Shown here: positions 10,649-21,462 of the stretch, piece by piece
Layout of the letters: the number at the start of each line of letters is the position of its first letter
Position numbering within the stretch: position 1 is the stretch's first letter
Origin: Desulfatiglandales bacterium
Lineage (GTDB): Bacteria; Desulfobacterota; DSM-4660; Desulfatiglandales; HGW-15
Reading direction: 5' to 3'
Assembly (NCBI GenBank): GCA_963667015.2
Contig: CAXXJJ010000001.1
Coordinates: 96,001-160,000, forward strand
Length of the DNA stretch: 64,000 nt
Translations under genes and position numbers: made by a program
The notes under the pieces: generated by a model
Database searches by the model: none
Seen by the model: only the letters and a program-made list of their open reading frames with translations
What the model was told of the DNA's origin: nothing

Positions 10649-11764
10649 CTATGCGAAGCTTTTTTTAAGAAAATACCTGTCAATCATATGCCCGTTCAAT
10701 TCTGTTAAAGGCTTATAGCTTACAATATAGTTATATTTATAGTTCGGGTTATCAGATGCAAACTGCTTCACAACCTGCCCTTCGCATCGGGCTCTTTTTA
10801 ATTTAACTCTCTTTTTTTTTCGGATCTCCGTCTCCAGAAGAAAATGCTGAGTTCCGTCTTCGATAACCTGGTTTGAATACATCCTGAAATGAAAATCATT
10901 TATGTCAAATAGAGTTATATCTCCGGTGTATTTATGTGCTGTATCCGCTGACTCTTTATCTTTAATGTATACCCTAGCTCTTTCATGTCTTATTCTCTCG
11001 ACAAGTCGTTTTTCTTTATATTTTTTTAATATTCTGGACTCGACAAGACTCATCCAGATGAAACTTCCTGTTTTGGTAACGACCATCCAGCTCATCTTAT
11101 AGCCAGTGAAAATAATTGTATTAATATCTTTAATCAAACTTCTGGAGCGAAGAATCTGGCGATTATCAATCAGGGTCCTGAGCCTTTTTGATGTGCTGTG
11201 TGGTGTAAAAAGCTGGGAATAACCTATCATTCCAGGTTTTACAAGAAAGCGAACATCATAATTGGGAATTTGCCTGCATTGCTTTTCATAAATTTCAGGT
11301 CGTTCAGGCCTTGGCCCAATAAAATCCATATCACCTTTGAGAATATTAAATAGCTGGGGTAATTCGTCCAGCCGCGTATCTCTTAATATTTTACTGTGAT
11401 AATCGATTTTGATAATGCCTGGAGTAAGCAGGCGGGATCCAATAATCTTATCCGAATCCAAAGGTAATGTTCTAAACTTATACATAATATAAGGACGTTT
11501 TCCACAGCCAAGCCTGGTACCCTTATATAAAATAGGGCCGCCATCTTTTAATTTTATTATCAAGGACACGGCAATAAGCAACGGGCTTGATACCGCAATC
11601 AGCACAAGTGAAAGAACAAAATTGAAAAGAGTAATTGAACATCTGGTTTTGGGCGCGTACCCGCCAATGCAGGTGCGGCTGTTCCTGGACATTGATTTGG
11701 GGCAATTAGGCATTTCTCTATCATTTTGTTTTTGGATCATAGAGAATACCCGCTTAAATAACAT
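10649..11764 (-). CDS. Priming sugar transferase (Bac_transf) with C-terminal PilZ-like extension
   Basis: 'KFRTL', 'RLDELPQLFNILKGDMDFIGPRPE'; C-terminal 'RLVER' (RxxxR). Confidence 0.85.
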   Translation of the reverse strand: MLFKRVFSMIQKQNDREMPNCPKSMSRNSRTCIGGYAPKTRCSITLFNFVLSLVLIAVSSPLLIAVSLIIKLKDGGPILYKGTRLGCGKRPYIMYKFRTLPLDSDKIIGSRLLTPGIIKIDYHSKILRDTRLDELPQLFNILKGDMDFIGPRPERPEIYEKQCRQIPNYDVRFLVKPGMIGYSQLFTPHSTSKRLRTLIDNRQILRSRSLIKDINTIIFTGYKMSWMVVTKTGSFIWMSLVESRILKKYKEKRLVERIRHERARVYIKDKESADTAHKYTGDITLFDINDFHFRMYSNQVIEDGTQHFLLETEIRKKKRVKLKRARCEGQVVKQFASDNPNYKYNYIVSYKPLTELNGHMIDRYFLKKSFA

Positions 11765-11911
11765 GTTCGAATCAATTTTAAATATTCAGGAACCACCAGG
11801 TTACAGAGCCAATCCTTTAGGGAATAATGCAACATATAAAATAATGAAGATAAAAAAAATAATAAAAAAAATCTTTGTATCATGCCATTCCCGGTGTCTG
11901 AAAATAACAAT

Positions 11912-13330
11912 CTAACAGTTGTTTTCCCATCGCTTTATAGAGAAAATTACAGGCAACTGTGTAATCCGATTGACATCTTCCGGATGCTTAAATGTATGAT
12001 CGAAATATTCTTGCATGAATCCAAGACTGCATCCAATTAGAAGACCAATGATAAGCCCCATGACAACAACCAGTTTCCTTTTCGGAAAAACCGGACCATC
12101 CGATGGAAACGCCCTGCTTATAACCGAAACCGGAGACAATGCGCCGCCTGAGGTATCATACAATTTTATTTCTTCTGTACGTTTATAAAATGCCTCGTAG
12201 GAATTCTGGAAAAGGTTCAGTTCCCGCTGGATCCTATTCATGTCAACGAGTTGTTTATGAAGAGTGACATTTTGCGTGTTTATAGATTTAATCTGATTTT
12301 CAATTCGTAAAATTTTCTTTTGAACACTTTCCAATTCTTTATTTATAATCCATTGTTGAATCTTCACTTCCGCTTTGTATTTTTTATATGTAGATTCGAT
12401 CTGTTTTTCGATCAAAGCGACTTTTTCACTTTTTTGATGATACTTTCGTAAAATATTACCTTTTTCAATAAAAAGCTCCTGAAGCTTCAAGCCCATCGTT
12501 TCCAGGACACCGTTCCCTGGAAACGAAAAAGACTGAATGGCATCATTCTTCAACAATATAACAAGGTTGTCAGCTATCAGCTTCTTATCTGCTTTCTCAT
12601 TCTGCAACAGATTCAGCTGCTGCTCAAGCTGAATTTTTAAAGTGAGGTTGTTGACTATCTCCTTTTCAGGGTCAGATACCCTATTTTTATTAACCACGTC
12701 CGTCAACTCACTGGTTTTAAGCTCCATTCCCTCTCTGAATTTTTCTGTGTTATCTTTAAAAAACTTTTGCTTGACCGGATTGTAGACATCTGCACGATAG
12801 ATGATATATTGATCAAGAAGTGCGTTTAATATTTTGACTGCACTCTCCGGGTTCCTGTCAAGCAACGCTATTTCAATGACATTAGAGGCCGGAACTATCT
12901 TGGTTCTGAGTTTTGACTTAATCTTATAAATTTCATTATAGGCAAAAGACTGTGAATCACCTTTTTCCCAGAACTTCAACGTCCTGAAAAAGCCGCCTTT
13001 TTGAAGGTCATCATAAAATCCGGCAGCCTCAAGCTGTTTATAGGTTCTTTCAATCACTTCAAAGGATGTCAATGTCTCAATTTCAGAAGACAGATCTTCC
13101 TTACTCAGTTCAAATCGGTTAATCTGTTCCCTTACCTCTTCCAGCGCTGCCTGGTTTTTCTCAACACTTTTTTCTCTGACAAGAATAGAGGCAGTTGCAG
13201 AAAAAGTAGATGGCCAGAACAGCGCGATCAGGATAGACAGGCAGAAGATTATTACTGTTGTGGTGATAATCAGTTTCTGCTGTGCAAAAACAATATTGAG
13301 AATTTCCCGTTTGATATCTTCTGTTTGCAT
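11912..13330 (-). CDS. Polysaccharide co-polymerase (GumC/Wzc N-terminal, Wzz-like)
   Basis: Two TMs flanking a long coiled coil; 'PVFPKRKL...EYFDHTFK'. Confidence 0.88.
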   Translation of the reverse strand: MQTEDIKREILNIVFAQQKLIITTTVIIFCLSILIALFWPSTFSATASILVREKSVEKNQAALEEVREQINRFELSKEDLSSEIETLTSFEVIERTYKQLEAAGFYDDLQKGGFFRTLKFWEKGDSQSFAYNEIYKIKSKLRTKIVPASNVIEIALLDRNPESAVKILNALLDQYIIYRADVYNPVKQKFFKDNTEKFREGMELKTSELTDVVNKNRVSDPEKEIVNNLTLKIQLEQQLNLLQNEKADKKLIADNLVILLKNDAIQSFSFPGNGVLETMGLKLQELFIEKGNILRKYHQKSEKVALIEKQIESTYKKYKAEVKIQQWIINKELESVQKKILRIENQIKSINTQNVTLHKQLVDMNRIQRELNLFQNSYEAFYKRTEEIKLYDTSGGALSPVSVISRAFPSDGPVFPKRKLVVVMGLIIGLLIGCSLGFMQEYFDHTFKHPEDVNRITQLPVIFSIKRWENNC

Positions 13331-13372
13331 GTTAGCTGTTCTCTACTTTACAAATATAATAAGGTTATCGGT

Positions 13373-14449
13373 TTAGTTATCTGTGTCAGGAGCTTCATCA
13401 TGCAACTCCCATGATAGACTGCCGCTCCACCCTCTGAAGAACAGTATATCTCCAATCTGCTGGGAGACTTCGGACGCCTTTGCTATCCATGTTTTTGGGA
13501 CAAATATAACATCATCCGGTTGAAGATAGAAAAGATCGCCTGTGTCGTTAAAAGACAGTGCTTCGGAGACATCAATCCTGGTTGCAATGATTTTGCCCTT
13601 CTGTTTTCGGGCTACAATCACACTGTTAAGATTTGCACCCGGGGAATATCCTCCGGCCATGGTCAATGCCTTCAACACGGAAACAGGTCTTGTAATGGCA
13701 TAATTGCCAGGTTTATTAACCTGCCCAACGATATATATCAGGCTTCCGGAATGCTTTTCCAGGAAGAGATCACAATTAAGTCCATGCATAATCAATGCAT
13801 ACTTATCATTCAGAATCTTCCCTACCGCAGGAATAGTGTTCCCTGCGACCATAACATCACCCACCATGGGGAACGTGGCACAGCCATCCGGTCTTACTGT
13901 TACAAGACGGCTGAGCCCCCTGGGGGCTGTGTGCAGATCATTTTTCAATTCCTTTATAGCTGAACGGAAATCTCCTACTACAATATAGAGCTCAGGTATC
14001 TGGAGAACCTCTTTCTCCCGGTATAGACTTTCCAATTCTTCAGTCAGTTCGTCAACTGTTTTACCGATAACATAAATATTACCAATATAGGGCAATGATA
14101 TTGTCCCGTCCGGACGGACATTTTGTGTCTCATCCAATTCGGGAGTATTTTCAAACTTGACGGTAATTTCCTGGTCCACGGCAAGAGTGAAGCGTTCGTT
14201 AGGCTTCCATGTTTGTATTTGAAATAGCACATCCAGGACATCTCCCGGTGCAATATGATATTCTGTAAAAAGGTCTTCAGAGTGAGGCAATTCTCCCTCC
14301 GAAGAGATTTCTGTGAACTCCTTCGTTGTCATGGTTGCATTGTATTTTGAACAACCATTTATTAACAATGGGAGAGAAATGGCTGCAATAAATGTGACTT
14401 GTATTAAAATTCGCTTTAACAGGATATGAAATTGATTATTTGTTACCAT
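13373..14449 (-). CDS. Wza-like polysaccharide export lipoprotein (Poly_export + SLBB)
   Basis: Lipobox 'INGC'; 'YHIAPGDVL' and two 'VRPDG' motifs. Confidence 0.9.
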   Translation of the reverse strand: MVTNNQFHILLKRILIQVTFIAAISLPLLINGCSKYNATMTTKEFTEISSEGELPHSEDLFTEYHIAPGDVLDVLFQIQTWKPNERFTLAVDQEITVKFENTPELDETQNVRPDGTISLPYIGNIYVIGKTVDELTEELESLYREKEVLQIPELYIVVGDFRSAIKELKNDLHTAPRGLSRLVTVRPDGCATFPMVGDVMVAGNTIPAVGKILNDKYALIMHGLNCDLFLEKHSGSLIYIVGQVNKPGNYAITRPVSVLKALTMAGGYSPGANLNSVIVARKQKGKIIATRIDVSEALSFNDTGDLFYLQPDDVIFVPKTWIAKASEVSQQIGDILFFRGWSGSLSWELHDEAPDTDN

Positions 14450-15176
14450 AAAAAACCTTTGGAATATAATATCTTCGTTCATTCATAACAACACCCAAAA
14501 CATTGGTGCCTATGTTTTTCAGTTTCTCAATTGCATAAAGTGCAACTTCCCATTTTGTCTTCTCACATGCAACCGTCATTACAGCGGCATCAAAATATTT
14601 TGAAATAAGGATTGAGTCTGAACTTCCCAGTATCGAGTTGCCATCAAAAATGACATAATCAAACTCATCGATAAGAGTTTCAAACTTGCGGAAGTCAGAC
14701 TCATTTATGGAAAATCGTTTTTCAGAGGTTATATTACCCATGGTTAAAAGATTCAGGTTATCATACGCTGTATTACGCAGGATTAATTCCGAACCTATAT
14801 CCGAATTAAAAAAATCAGAAAGGCCCGGTGAACTCTGAATTCCGAAAAGTGAGTGAAGCATCGGTGAACGGGGGTTTCCGTCCACGAGCAACACACTGGA
14901 CCGTTCATTGATTGTCAGGGCATATGCCATTTGTATAGCTGTCGTGCTTTTACCTTCCGAATTGTTGCAGCTTGTGACGTAAATAGTTTTGATGTCATTG
15001 CCGGCGCCACGGATATTGCTTTCTACCATTGCAAGCTCTGTCAGATTGTCCTTCATCCGCTCTTCAAAATCTGTAGGAAGCCTGGGAATCAACTCCTGCG
15101 AAGAATCATCTATGGGTTCCATGATTTCCTTTTCTAATTCATCATTATTATCATTTGTTTTCATAATATAGTTCAA
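14436..15176 (-). CDS. CpsD/CapB-family BY tyrosine kinase (split Wzc)
   Basis: Walker A 'EGKST', 'LLVDGN', 'YVIFD'; C-terminal 'RRYYIP'. Confidence 0.88.
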   Translation of the reverse strand: MNYIMKTNDNNDELEKEIMEPIDDSSQELIPRLPTDFEERMKDNLTELAMVESNIRGAGNDIKTIYVTSCNNSEGKSTTAIQMAYALTINERSSVLLVDGNPRSPMLHSLFGIQSSPGLSDFFNSDIGSELILRNTAYDNLNLLTMGNITSEKRFSINESDFRKFETLIDEFDYVIFDGNSILGSSDSILISKYFDAAVMTVACEKTKWEVALYAIEKLKNIGTNVLGVVMNERRYYIPKVFYGNK

Positions 15177-15262
15177 AGAAAGAATTATTAAATATCGCTT
15201 ATATTAATTTTAAAAAGAATGATAAATTTTTATAAAACCATCAATAACAATTTTTATTTATT

Positions 15263-15277
15263 TCAAGATCTATGCCA
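15263..15277 (-). promoter_or_regulatory. Sigma-54-like -24/-12 promoter of the EPS operon
   Basis: Minus strand TGGCAT-AGATC-TTGA, about 90 bp upstream of the first gene; -12 is GA rather than GC. Confidence 0.55.
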
Positions 15278-15623
15278 AAATTGCTCTACTAATATACATC
15301 CAGTTATCTTACACATTAATATCGGTTAGTTAGCTAGAATTAATAAATTAATTATCAAATATAGTTACCATACACCATATCTGCCTGATATTTTCTTCCG
15401 ATCCAAAGACAATTTTTTGACTCAATTTACAAGCTTTTTTTAGAAGAGTGAAAAAATACCTATAGCGAAAGCAGCATATCTTATAAATTTGATTGAAAGA
15501 AAAGAAGGGCACGATGCGTTCGCCCCACCATAGCTTTAGCTACGGTTGATCGTACCTCTGCTATTCTAAACGAGGATGTTTCCTGGAATTATTTTCATGC
15601 TTTTTGCGGAAGTCGAGATTACA

Positions 15624-16484
15624 CTAACTTCCTGCAGCTATCCTGATAGATGATTCCATTGACTTATTCGCTTCTTTTGCCGAATCAGCCTCGATATTCA
15701 GTTTTTCCCGTATCCTTTCGATGGAGACAAGCTTGTTATTTCTTAAAGACGGGGTGAGGAAAGATTTCAGCTTTACCTCGAGCATTCTTGGATGCATTTT
15801 GCTCTTAATGGCAAGGATTCCTGATAGGATCATTTTCTGGAGAAGCAGTTCCTGGTTGGTCCTTTCACGGATATTTGCGGCAAATGGCAGCAAAAAAAAG
15901 TTTGAAAAGATTACGCCATAAAGGGTGGATGTCAGGGCAATAGGTATTGTTTTTATAATGACGGAAGTATCTCCTATGCCTGCGATCATGCCGATTAATC
16001 CGACTATACTGCCAATAAGTCCGAATGCAGGACATATCTCGGCAATTGTCCTTAATATCCTTTCTGATTCCTCCCGGCGTATTTTGAAGAAGGCCATTTC
16101 AGTATGTAAAATCTCTGTCATCTCCCTGTCCGGATACCCGTCTACGAGAAACCCCAGGGCACGTCTCAGGAAAAGAATGGATGTTTCCTCTTCTTCCTGA
16201 AGAGACAGGAGCCCCTTTATTCTGCTTTTGACTGAAATATCTATCATTATCTCAACAATCTCTTCAGGTTTTTTAGCAGGCTGACAGTTGGATCTTTTTA
16301 TTACCTGCCACAAATTCATCAGGCTCTCGATCTTAAAACTGATCAGTGTGGCACCCAGTGTACCGCCAATGACAATGCACAGGGCCGCCAGGTTAAAATA
16401 CAGGCTTACATGCCCGTTAAATGCAAAACCAACAAAGATCAAAACACCGCAGCAAATCAGCCCTATAAATTTTTTTCTTTCCAT
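15624..16484 (-). CDS. MotA/PomA-family stator subunit
   Basis: 'IVIGGTLGA', 'PAFGLIGSIVGLI' and 'ALTSTLYG' motifs. Confidence 0.9.
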   Translation of the reverse strand: MERKKFIGLICCGVLIFVGFAFNGHVSLYFNLAALCIVIGGTLGATLISFKIESLMNLWQVIKRSNCQPAKKPEEIVEIMIDISVKSRIKGLLSLQEEEETSILFLRRALGFLVDGYPDREMTEILHTEMAFFKIRREESERILRTIAEICPAFGLIGSIVGLIGMIAGIGDTSVIIKTIPIALTSTLYGVIFSNFFLLPFAANIRERTNQELLLQKMILSGILAIKSKMHPRMLEVKLKSFLTPSLRNNKLVSIERIREKLNIEADSAKEANKSMESSIRIAAGS

Positions 16485-16550
16485 TGCCTGCCCTTAATAT
16501 TCTTTTATTCCATTAATGTTGTTTGCCGGTTAAAACCTTTTCATCTCGCT

Positions 16551-17303
16551 TTATAGAGGATTCAGGTTATCCGAAATATGTTCCCTTGAAATAATTACCT
16601 CGACACGCCGATTAGCGCTGCGTCCCTCGGGGGTTTCATTGGTTTCAATCGGACTGTTCTCAGCATATCCTGTTACCTGAATCTGTGCTGGAGGAATATC
16701 CGTTTCTTCGATTAAAAACCTGGCTGCAACACTTGCCCGGGCCGTTGATAATTCCCAGTTGGATGGAAATCTGTCCGTTTGAATCGGTATATTATCAGTG
16801 TGCCCTGCTACTGTCACAGCATAATTTGTACCCTGGATTAATTGACCTATTGCCATTAGAGAACCAATCGCATCCGATTTAAGTTCTGCCTCCGCCGTAT
16901 CAAACAGTACATCACTGGGGAGAATAATTTTTACGGCCTTTTCTCTGGTAAGTTCTACAGAGGCAATATCCTTGATATCTTCTATCCTTAAGGTTTGCGT
17001 GTTTATTTCCCGGTCTGTGGATATATCCTCTGTCCGGACTGTTTGTATCTCCACCTGATAGCTGATGCCCGGTTCTGCAGATGAAGCCTTTACCTCTTTG
17101 TTGGTTGTGTGATAAACATAAAGCAATGCAAAAAGAACAAACATCGTCATCATAAGATCGGACCATGGAACAGACCAGTGGGAAGCCTTTTTTGTTTCCC
17201 TGTTAAAAAATATACCGGCCCCCTGCAGGGGCTCAAGGTATGCGGCTATTCCGTCGTCTATGTTATTTTCAGGCAGTGAAAGATTTTCTTTAAAAGGATA
17301 CAA
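16551..17303 (-). CDS. MotB/PomB-family stator subunit
   Basis: 'WSVPWSDLMM' with the conserved Asp; OmpA-like 'GHTD', 'SNWELS', 'NRRVE'. Confidence 0.9.
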   Translation of the reverse strand: MYPFKENLSLPENNIDDGIAAYLEPLQGAGIFFNRETKKASHWSVPWSDLMMTMFVLFALLYVYHTTNKEVKASSAEPGISYQVEIQTVRTEDISTDREINTQTLRIEDIKDIASVELTREKAVKIILPSDVLFDTAEAELKSDAIGSLMAIGQLIQGTNYAVTVAGHTDNIPIQTDRFPSNWELSTARASVAARFLIEETDIPPAQIQVTGYAENSPIETNETPEGRSANRRVEVIISREHISDNLNPL

Positions 17304-17418
17304 ACGTTTCTCCTCTTCGCGGTATTCTTAAATAATGTTCAGCCTTTTTGATTACTATTTTCTGCTTAATTTTTCTAATTTTCCAATATGCAATAGGACC
17401 CTCTCGGGAAAATATTCT

Positions 17419-17433
17419 GCTAAAACCATGCCA
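17419..17433 (-). promoter_or_regulatory. Sigma-54 -24/-12 promoter of motB-motA
   Basis: Minus strand TGGCAT-GGTTT-TAGC (GG-N10-GC). Confidence 0.6.
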
Positions 17434-17857
17434 ATCTTTATTCATGGGCTATCCTACTGATTTTATGGCGTTTATGTTTTTTCTGTTCTCAAAGGCAAGC
17501 GTTTAAGGAATGTTTTTCCTGTTATGAGAGGGAAAATTTAACCTAGTTTAAGCCCCAATGTTGTTGATTTAAGCATTGATTTTTAACCGCATCGCGGTGA
17601 TATATTAATAGCCACAATATTACATAAATATTTAGCCCCGGAGGGGTGACATAGTTTTCATGTGCCGCTCCTACAGAGCTTATCATTTTATATGCATCTG
17701 TGTTTCTATTAATATATCGCATCCAGGGATGCTTTTTGGATGCAACTTCCATAATTCAACAACATTGAGTTTATGCCCCCTCCCACCAGGCAGGGAAAAC
17801 TGTTTAGACATAGAATTTTCCAGTTACAATATTGGGATTCATAAAAGATATTATCTT

Positions 17858-18739
17858 TTATGAATCCCAGATGATGATCTCCGGGAAATCTGTGGCTGTC
17901 AGGTCTTTTGCAAGGGTCCGGGGAATAATCTCGGCCAGTTCTTCGGATGTCCAGCCCTCTTTTTTCCGAACAATATCCTTCACGGGTGGCGGATCCATAA
18001 AAATGCCGACATGTCCCTTCCACACCTCAAATATCTGTCCGTTAATGTTTCCTGCCGGTTCGCTTGCAAGATACACTACAAGACTTGCTACATCTTCAGG
18101 ACGGTTAGCCGCTACCAGGGGAATGTCTTCCTTGGTTCCGCGCCATGCCGCAATTGGTCGGATGGCGTTAACCGTGATTCCAAACTCTGCAACATCCCTT
18201 GCCACTGTCCTTGTCATTCCGACAATACCTTCCTTGGCAGCACTGTAGTCAGCAAACCCGCGCCATCCAAAGGCAGTGTGAGAGGCAGTATTTATGATCC
18301 TGCCATATTTCTGCTTCTTCATATATGAGCAGGCCTTCCTTAATGTAAAGAACATGCCGTAGAGATGTGTCCTGAGTACAATGTCCCAGTCCTCAAAGGA
18401 CACCTCATCTATATCACGGGGTTCCCGAACGACACCCGCATTGTTTACAAGGATATCGATACGTCCGAAGTGCTCCACTGCTGTATCGATGATTGCCGCA
18501 GCACCTTCTTCTGTTGCAACCGAATCATAGCTGGCCACAGCTTCCCCGCCCGCTTCCAATATTTCTGCAATTACCTTATCAGCAGGTGCCGTTGATGTTC
18601 CCGTTCCATCTGTTGAGGTGCCTATGTCATTAACCACCACCTTTGCACCCTGTTCAGCCATCGCTATTGCATGGGCGCGCCCGATACCGCTGCCGGCGCC
18701 TGTTATTACTGCAACACGATCTTTCAGCATTTCCCCCAT
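17858..18739 (-). CDS. SDR family oxidoreductase
   Basis: TGAGSGIG, NNAG and YSAAK motifs. Confidence 0.95.
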   Translation of the reverse strand: MGEMLKDRVAVITGAGSGIGRAHAIAMAEQGAKVVVNDIGTSTDGTGTSTAPADKVIAEILEAGGEAVASYDSVATEEGAAAIIDTAVEHFGRIDILVNNAGVVREPRDIDEVSFEDWDIVLRTHLYGMFFTLRKACSYMKKQKYGRIINTASHTAFGWRGFADYSAAKEGIVGMTRTVARDVAEFGITVNAIRPIAAWRGTKEDIPLVAANRPEDVASLVVYLASEPAGNINGQIFEVWKGHVGIFMDPPPVKDIVRKKEGWTSEELAEIIPRTLAKDLTATDFPEIIIWDS

Positions 18740-18750
18740 GGATTCCCCCT

Positions 18751-20004
18751 TTAAAAAAGATCAAGATCCACTGTTTCCGCCATCATTCTGTGTCCTGTCT
18801 CATTAGGGTGGAGATGATCACCTGTGTCAGCAGCAGGTAACATGTGAGAGGCGTTTTCAGGGTCCTCAAGAGCCTTATCCAGATCAATAACAGCATCAAA
18901 CCGCTTACTGTTTCTAATCCAGTCATTCACGGTCTGCCGTGCTGATTCACGCCACTTACCATCGTAGAATGACCCTCCAAAGGGCAGTAATGTGGCTCCG
19001 TATACAAGAATACCCTTGTTATGCGAAAGATCGATCATCTGTTCATAGGCGGCAATAAGATTTTCTGCTACCTCTGCTGCGGCTTCTTCTCCCTGTGCCT
19101 GACCAATGTCATTGATTCCTTCAAGTATTATCAGCCAGCGTACACCCTCCTGCTCAATTACATCATTATTGAAACGTGTAAGGGCAGCAAGACCAAGGCA
19201 GTCACTGAGTACACAGTTTCCTCCTATACCCATATTAAGAACCGCTGTATTTGAGGTCTTTGGATTTTTACGAAACCTTTCGGCAAGCTCATCCGGCCAT
19301 CGATTCTGCCTGTTTGTTCCGGATCCACGTCCATCGGTAATAGAATCGCCGATCACAACAACTGCCTTTGCAGGCTCCGGCGCCAGTACTTCAATCGTGT
19401 CTATTGTGTACCAGTGATCAGTCCGGGCGGCTCCGGGTAAATCTACTGCTGTAACCCTGTCACCCTTTTCCAAAAAAGATGTGGTTCGGGATCCGGGATG
19501 TCCGGTCACATCCGGAGATGTATTACCAAAATGAATTGTTATGGCAACATCAGAGCGAGGTTTTAAGGTAAAGGTAAAAGGATCTGAGGTTACTGTCGAA
19601 CCCGGTTCAATTGTGATTGAAGGGTTTTCAGCAAACCTCAATTCAACATCTGTCTCAGGATCAATGGCGCTTCCTCCGGCGGAAGCGGCTACATGGACCG
19701 CGTTTAAATCAACCGGCTTTGTGCTGTGTTCATTGGAAAATCTCATCCTGAGCTGGTCTCCCCCGATGGAGACACGGACAACCTGCCTTAATGTATTGCC
19801 TCCCAGACCCGGTTCCGGCGGCATATTGTGAGGCTCAACAAGCTGCTGTGCCGTGCCCCAGGTGCCGATCCAGACAGTTGAAGATTTGTCTTCCCGGTTA
19901 TAGCAGGCAGTTAAAAAAAATGCCGAGAGTAAAAGTGTTAGAGATATCGATAAAATAATCCGGCGATGAGAAATGTTCTTAAAATTCAGGAATTGATAAC
20001 GCAC
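18751..20004 (-). CDS. SGNH/GDSL hydrolase lipoprotein
   Basis: Lipobox 'LTAC'; GDSITDG, EGIND and DHLHPN motifs. Confidence 0.92.
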   Translation of the reverse strand: MRYQFLNFKNISHRRIILSISLTLLLSAFFLTACYNREDKSSTVWIGTWGTAQQLVEPHNMPPEPGLGGNTLRQVVRVSIGGDQLRMRFSNEHSTKPVDLNAVHVAASAGGSAIDPETDVELRFAENPSITIEPGSTVTSDPFTFTLKPRSDVAITIHFGNTSPDVTGHPGSRTTSFLEKGDRVTAVDLPGAARTDHWYTIDTIEVLAPEPAKAVVVIGDSITDGRGSGTNRQNRWPDELAERFRKNPKTSNTAVLNMGIGGNCVLSDCLGLAALTRFNNDVIEQEGVRWLIILEGINDIGQAQGEEAAAEVAENLIAAYEQMIDLSHNKGILVYGATLLPFGGSFYDGKWRESARQTVNDWIRNSKRFDAVIDLDKALEDPENASHMLPAADTGDHLHPNETGHRMMAETVDLDLF

Positions 20005-20079
20005 TATAAACTCCAGGTATAAGGTTTATCGGTAAAATTATTCAGGCCATAAAAACATCATCCATCATCTATTTATATA

Positions 20080-21462
20080 CTAAAGTTTCGCAGTTGATAA
20101 ATTAATAGGTTTAACAATAGTATCTTCAATCATATCAAGTAAATGCAAAACAATATCGGGCTCTATTTTATAGCAAATTACATGACTTGATCTGATTATG
20201 AGTTCTTTGATATAGGCCCAGAGTTTTTCAACCATTGATAGCAGGAGGTTTTCATCCGACAGCTCTCTGAACAAAGGACCTATGGGTCCCATCACCATTC
20301 TTTTACCCAGGATATATACCAATAGTAGGTAACGGATCATAACCATGCTGTAGCTGGTGATAACCGCATCAAAAGTATTGCTTTGTTCTTTTCCCATATA
20401 AAGCATTTGCTTTGCATCCTTAAAGAAGACTTCAATGGCCCAGCGGCGGGCATAGTAACTCAGCATATCAGATGCTGCTATCTCTGTGTCCGTTGATAAA
20501 AGAGCATGCCAGTCTTTTTTACCGTCAGACAGGAACAGAAGACGAACATTCCCCGTCTTTGGAAGCTTAACATTAAGGCAGGCTGCCTTCACATTGTAGC
20601 CGGGAAGCAAAACAGTCTGTTTCTTTGCCACCTTCTGCCATAGTTGCTTCAATGTATACTTTTGCCCGTGGTATTCATACTTCACCCGGTTCCTTTTTAG
20701 CCTGCATATAACACCGTAACCTATTGAGTATATCTGGCTGATAACATCATCGTGAGCGAACCAACTGTCAAATAGTACAAAGCTTGCATCAATACCGGAT
20801 TTCCAGGCTCTGTCAATCATGCTGATTAAAGTTTCTGTCTTCTTACTTAGAGCTTCCTTACGTCTGCGCCATCCGATGGTTCTTTTATCTATGTCCCTGA
20901 GTTTGTTATTGGGACGTTTGCTAGATGTATTTAGAGAAGCATCCAGAGGGAAAAAGTTGATGCCATTATGATATCCAAGCTGCAGACATTGGATTCCTAA
21001 AATAGAACGATTCGTCTTATGATCAAAGTGATAACTTGCAAGCTCTATATCTTTTCCTGTTTTGGGCATCAATGAATCATCAGCAATCAAAACCTTTTGC
21101 GTCAAAGGGACATCATTGCTGCATTCTATTATTTTTAAAGCGAGGAGATATACAAACTTACGCCAATTAAATCTTTCATGGTTCAGAAATCTGTAAAAAA
21201 CATCCTTTTGTGCGTTGGTAGCATTATTAAGGTACTCTGAATTCCAGATATCAGTAAGGGTTCTTTTCAAAAATGGAAGCAGGACAATAAGGAAAAGCAG
21301 TGTAATAGTTTTATATCCTCTTATTTTTCTTATCCCGCTTCGATTAAGAAGTGACCTGAATTTGAGTTCCTTGAATGCGCTGTTTATCTCCGAATCGATA
21401 ACAACATTTTTATTTGAAATCTGTTTTTGCAATGAGAGGGAAAATGTATTATTAAGTTTCAT
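20080..21462 (-). CDS. DDE transposase
   Basis: 'IADDS', 'LFDSWF' and 'YARRWAIEVFFK' (YREK-type) motifs; stop codon lies in the IR. Confidence 0.93.
   Translation of the reverse strand: MKLNNTFSLSLQKQISNKNVVIDSEINSAFKELKFRSLLNRSGIRKIRGYKTITLLFLIVLLPFLKRTLTDIWNSEYLNNATNAQKDVFYRFLNHERFNWRKFVYLLALKIIECSNDVPLTQKVLIADDSLMPKTGKDIELASYHFDHKTNRSILGIQCLQLGYHNGINFFPLDASLNTSSKRPNNKLRDIDKRTIGWRRRKEALSKKTETLISMIDRAWKSGIDASFVLFDSWFAHDDVISQIYSIGYGVICRLKRNRVKYEYHGQKYTLKQLWQKVAKKQTVLLPGYNVKAACLNVKLPKTGNVRLLFLSDGKKDWHALLSTDTEIAASDMLSYYARRWAIEVFFKDAKQMLYMGKEQSNTFDAVITSYSMVMIRYLLLVYILGKRMVMGPIGPLFRELSDENLLLSMVEKLWAYIKELIIRSSHVICYKIEPDIVLHLLDMIEDTIVKPINLSTAKL

Noticed and set aside
11800..11911. Hydrophobic in-frame continuation after the co-polymerase TAG
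   Set aside because: No start or RBS and no readthrough signal; an AT-rich tract can explain it.
17575..17680. Imperfect palindromic repeat remnants (also near 15507 and 29910-29962)
   Set aside because: They look like degenerate REP/MITE-type units, but boundaries cannot be supported from single copies.
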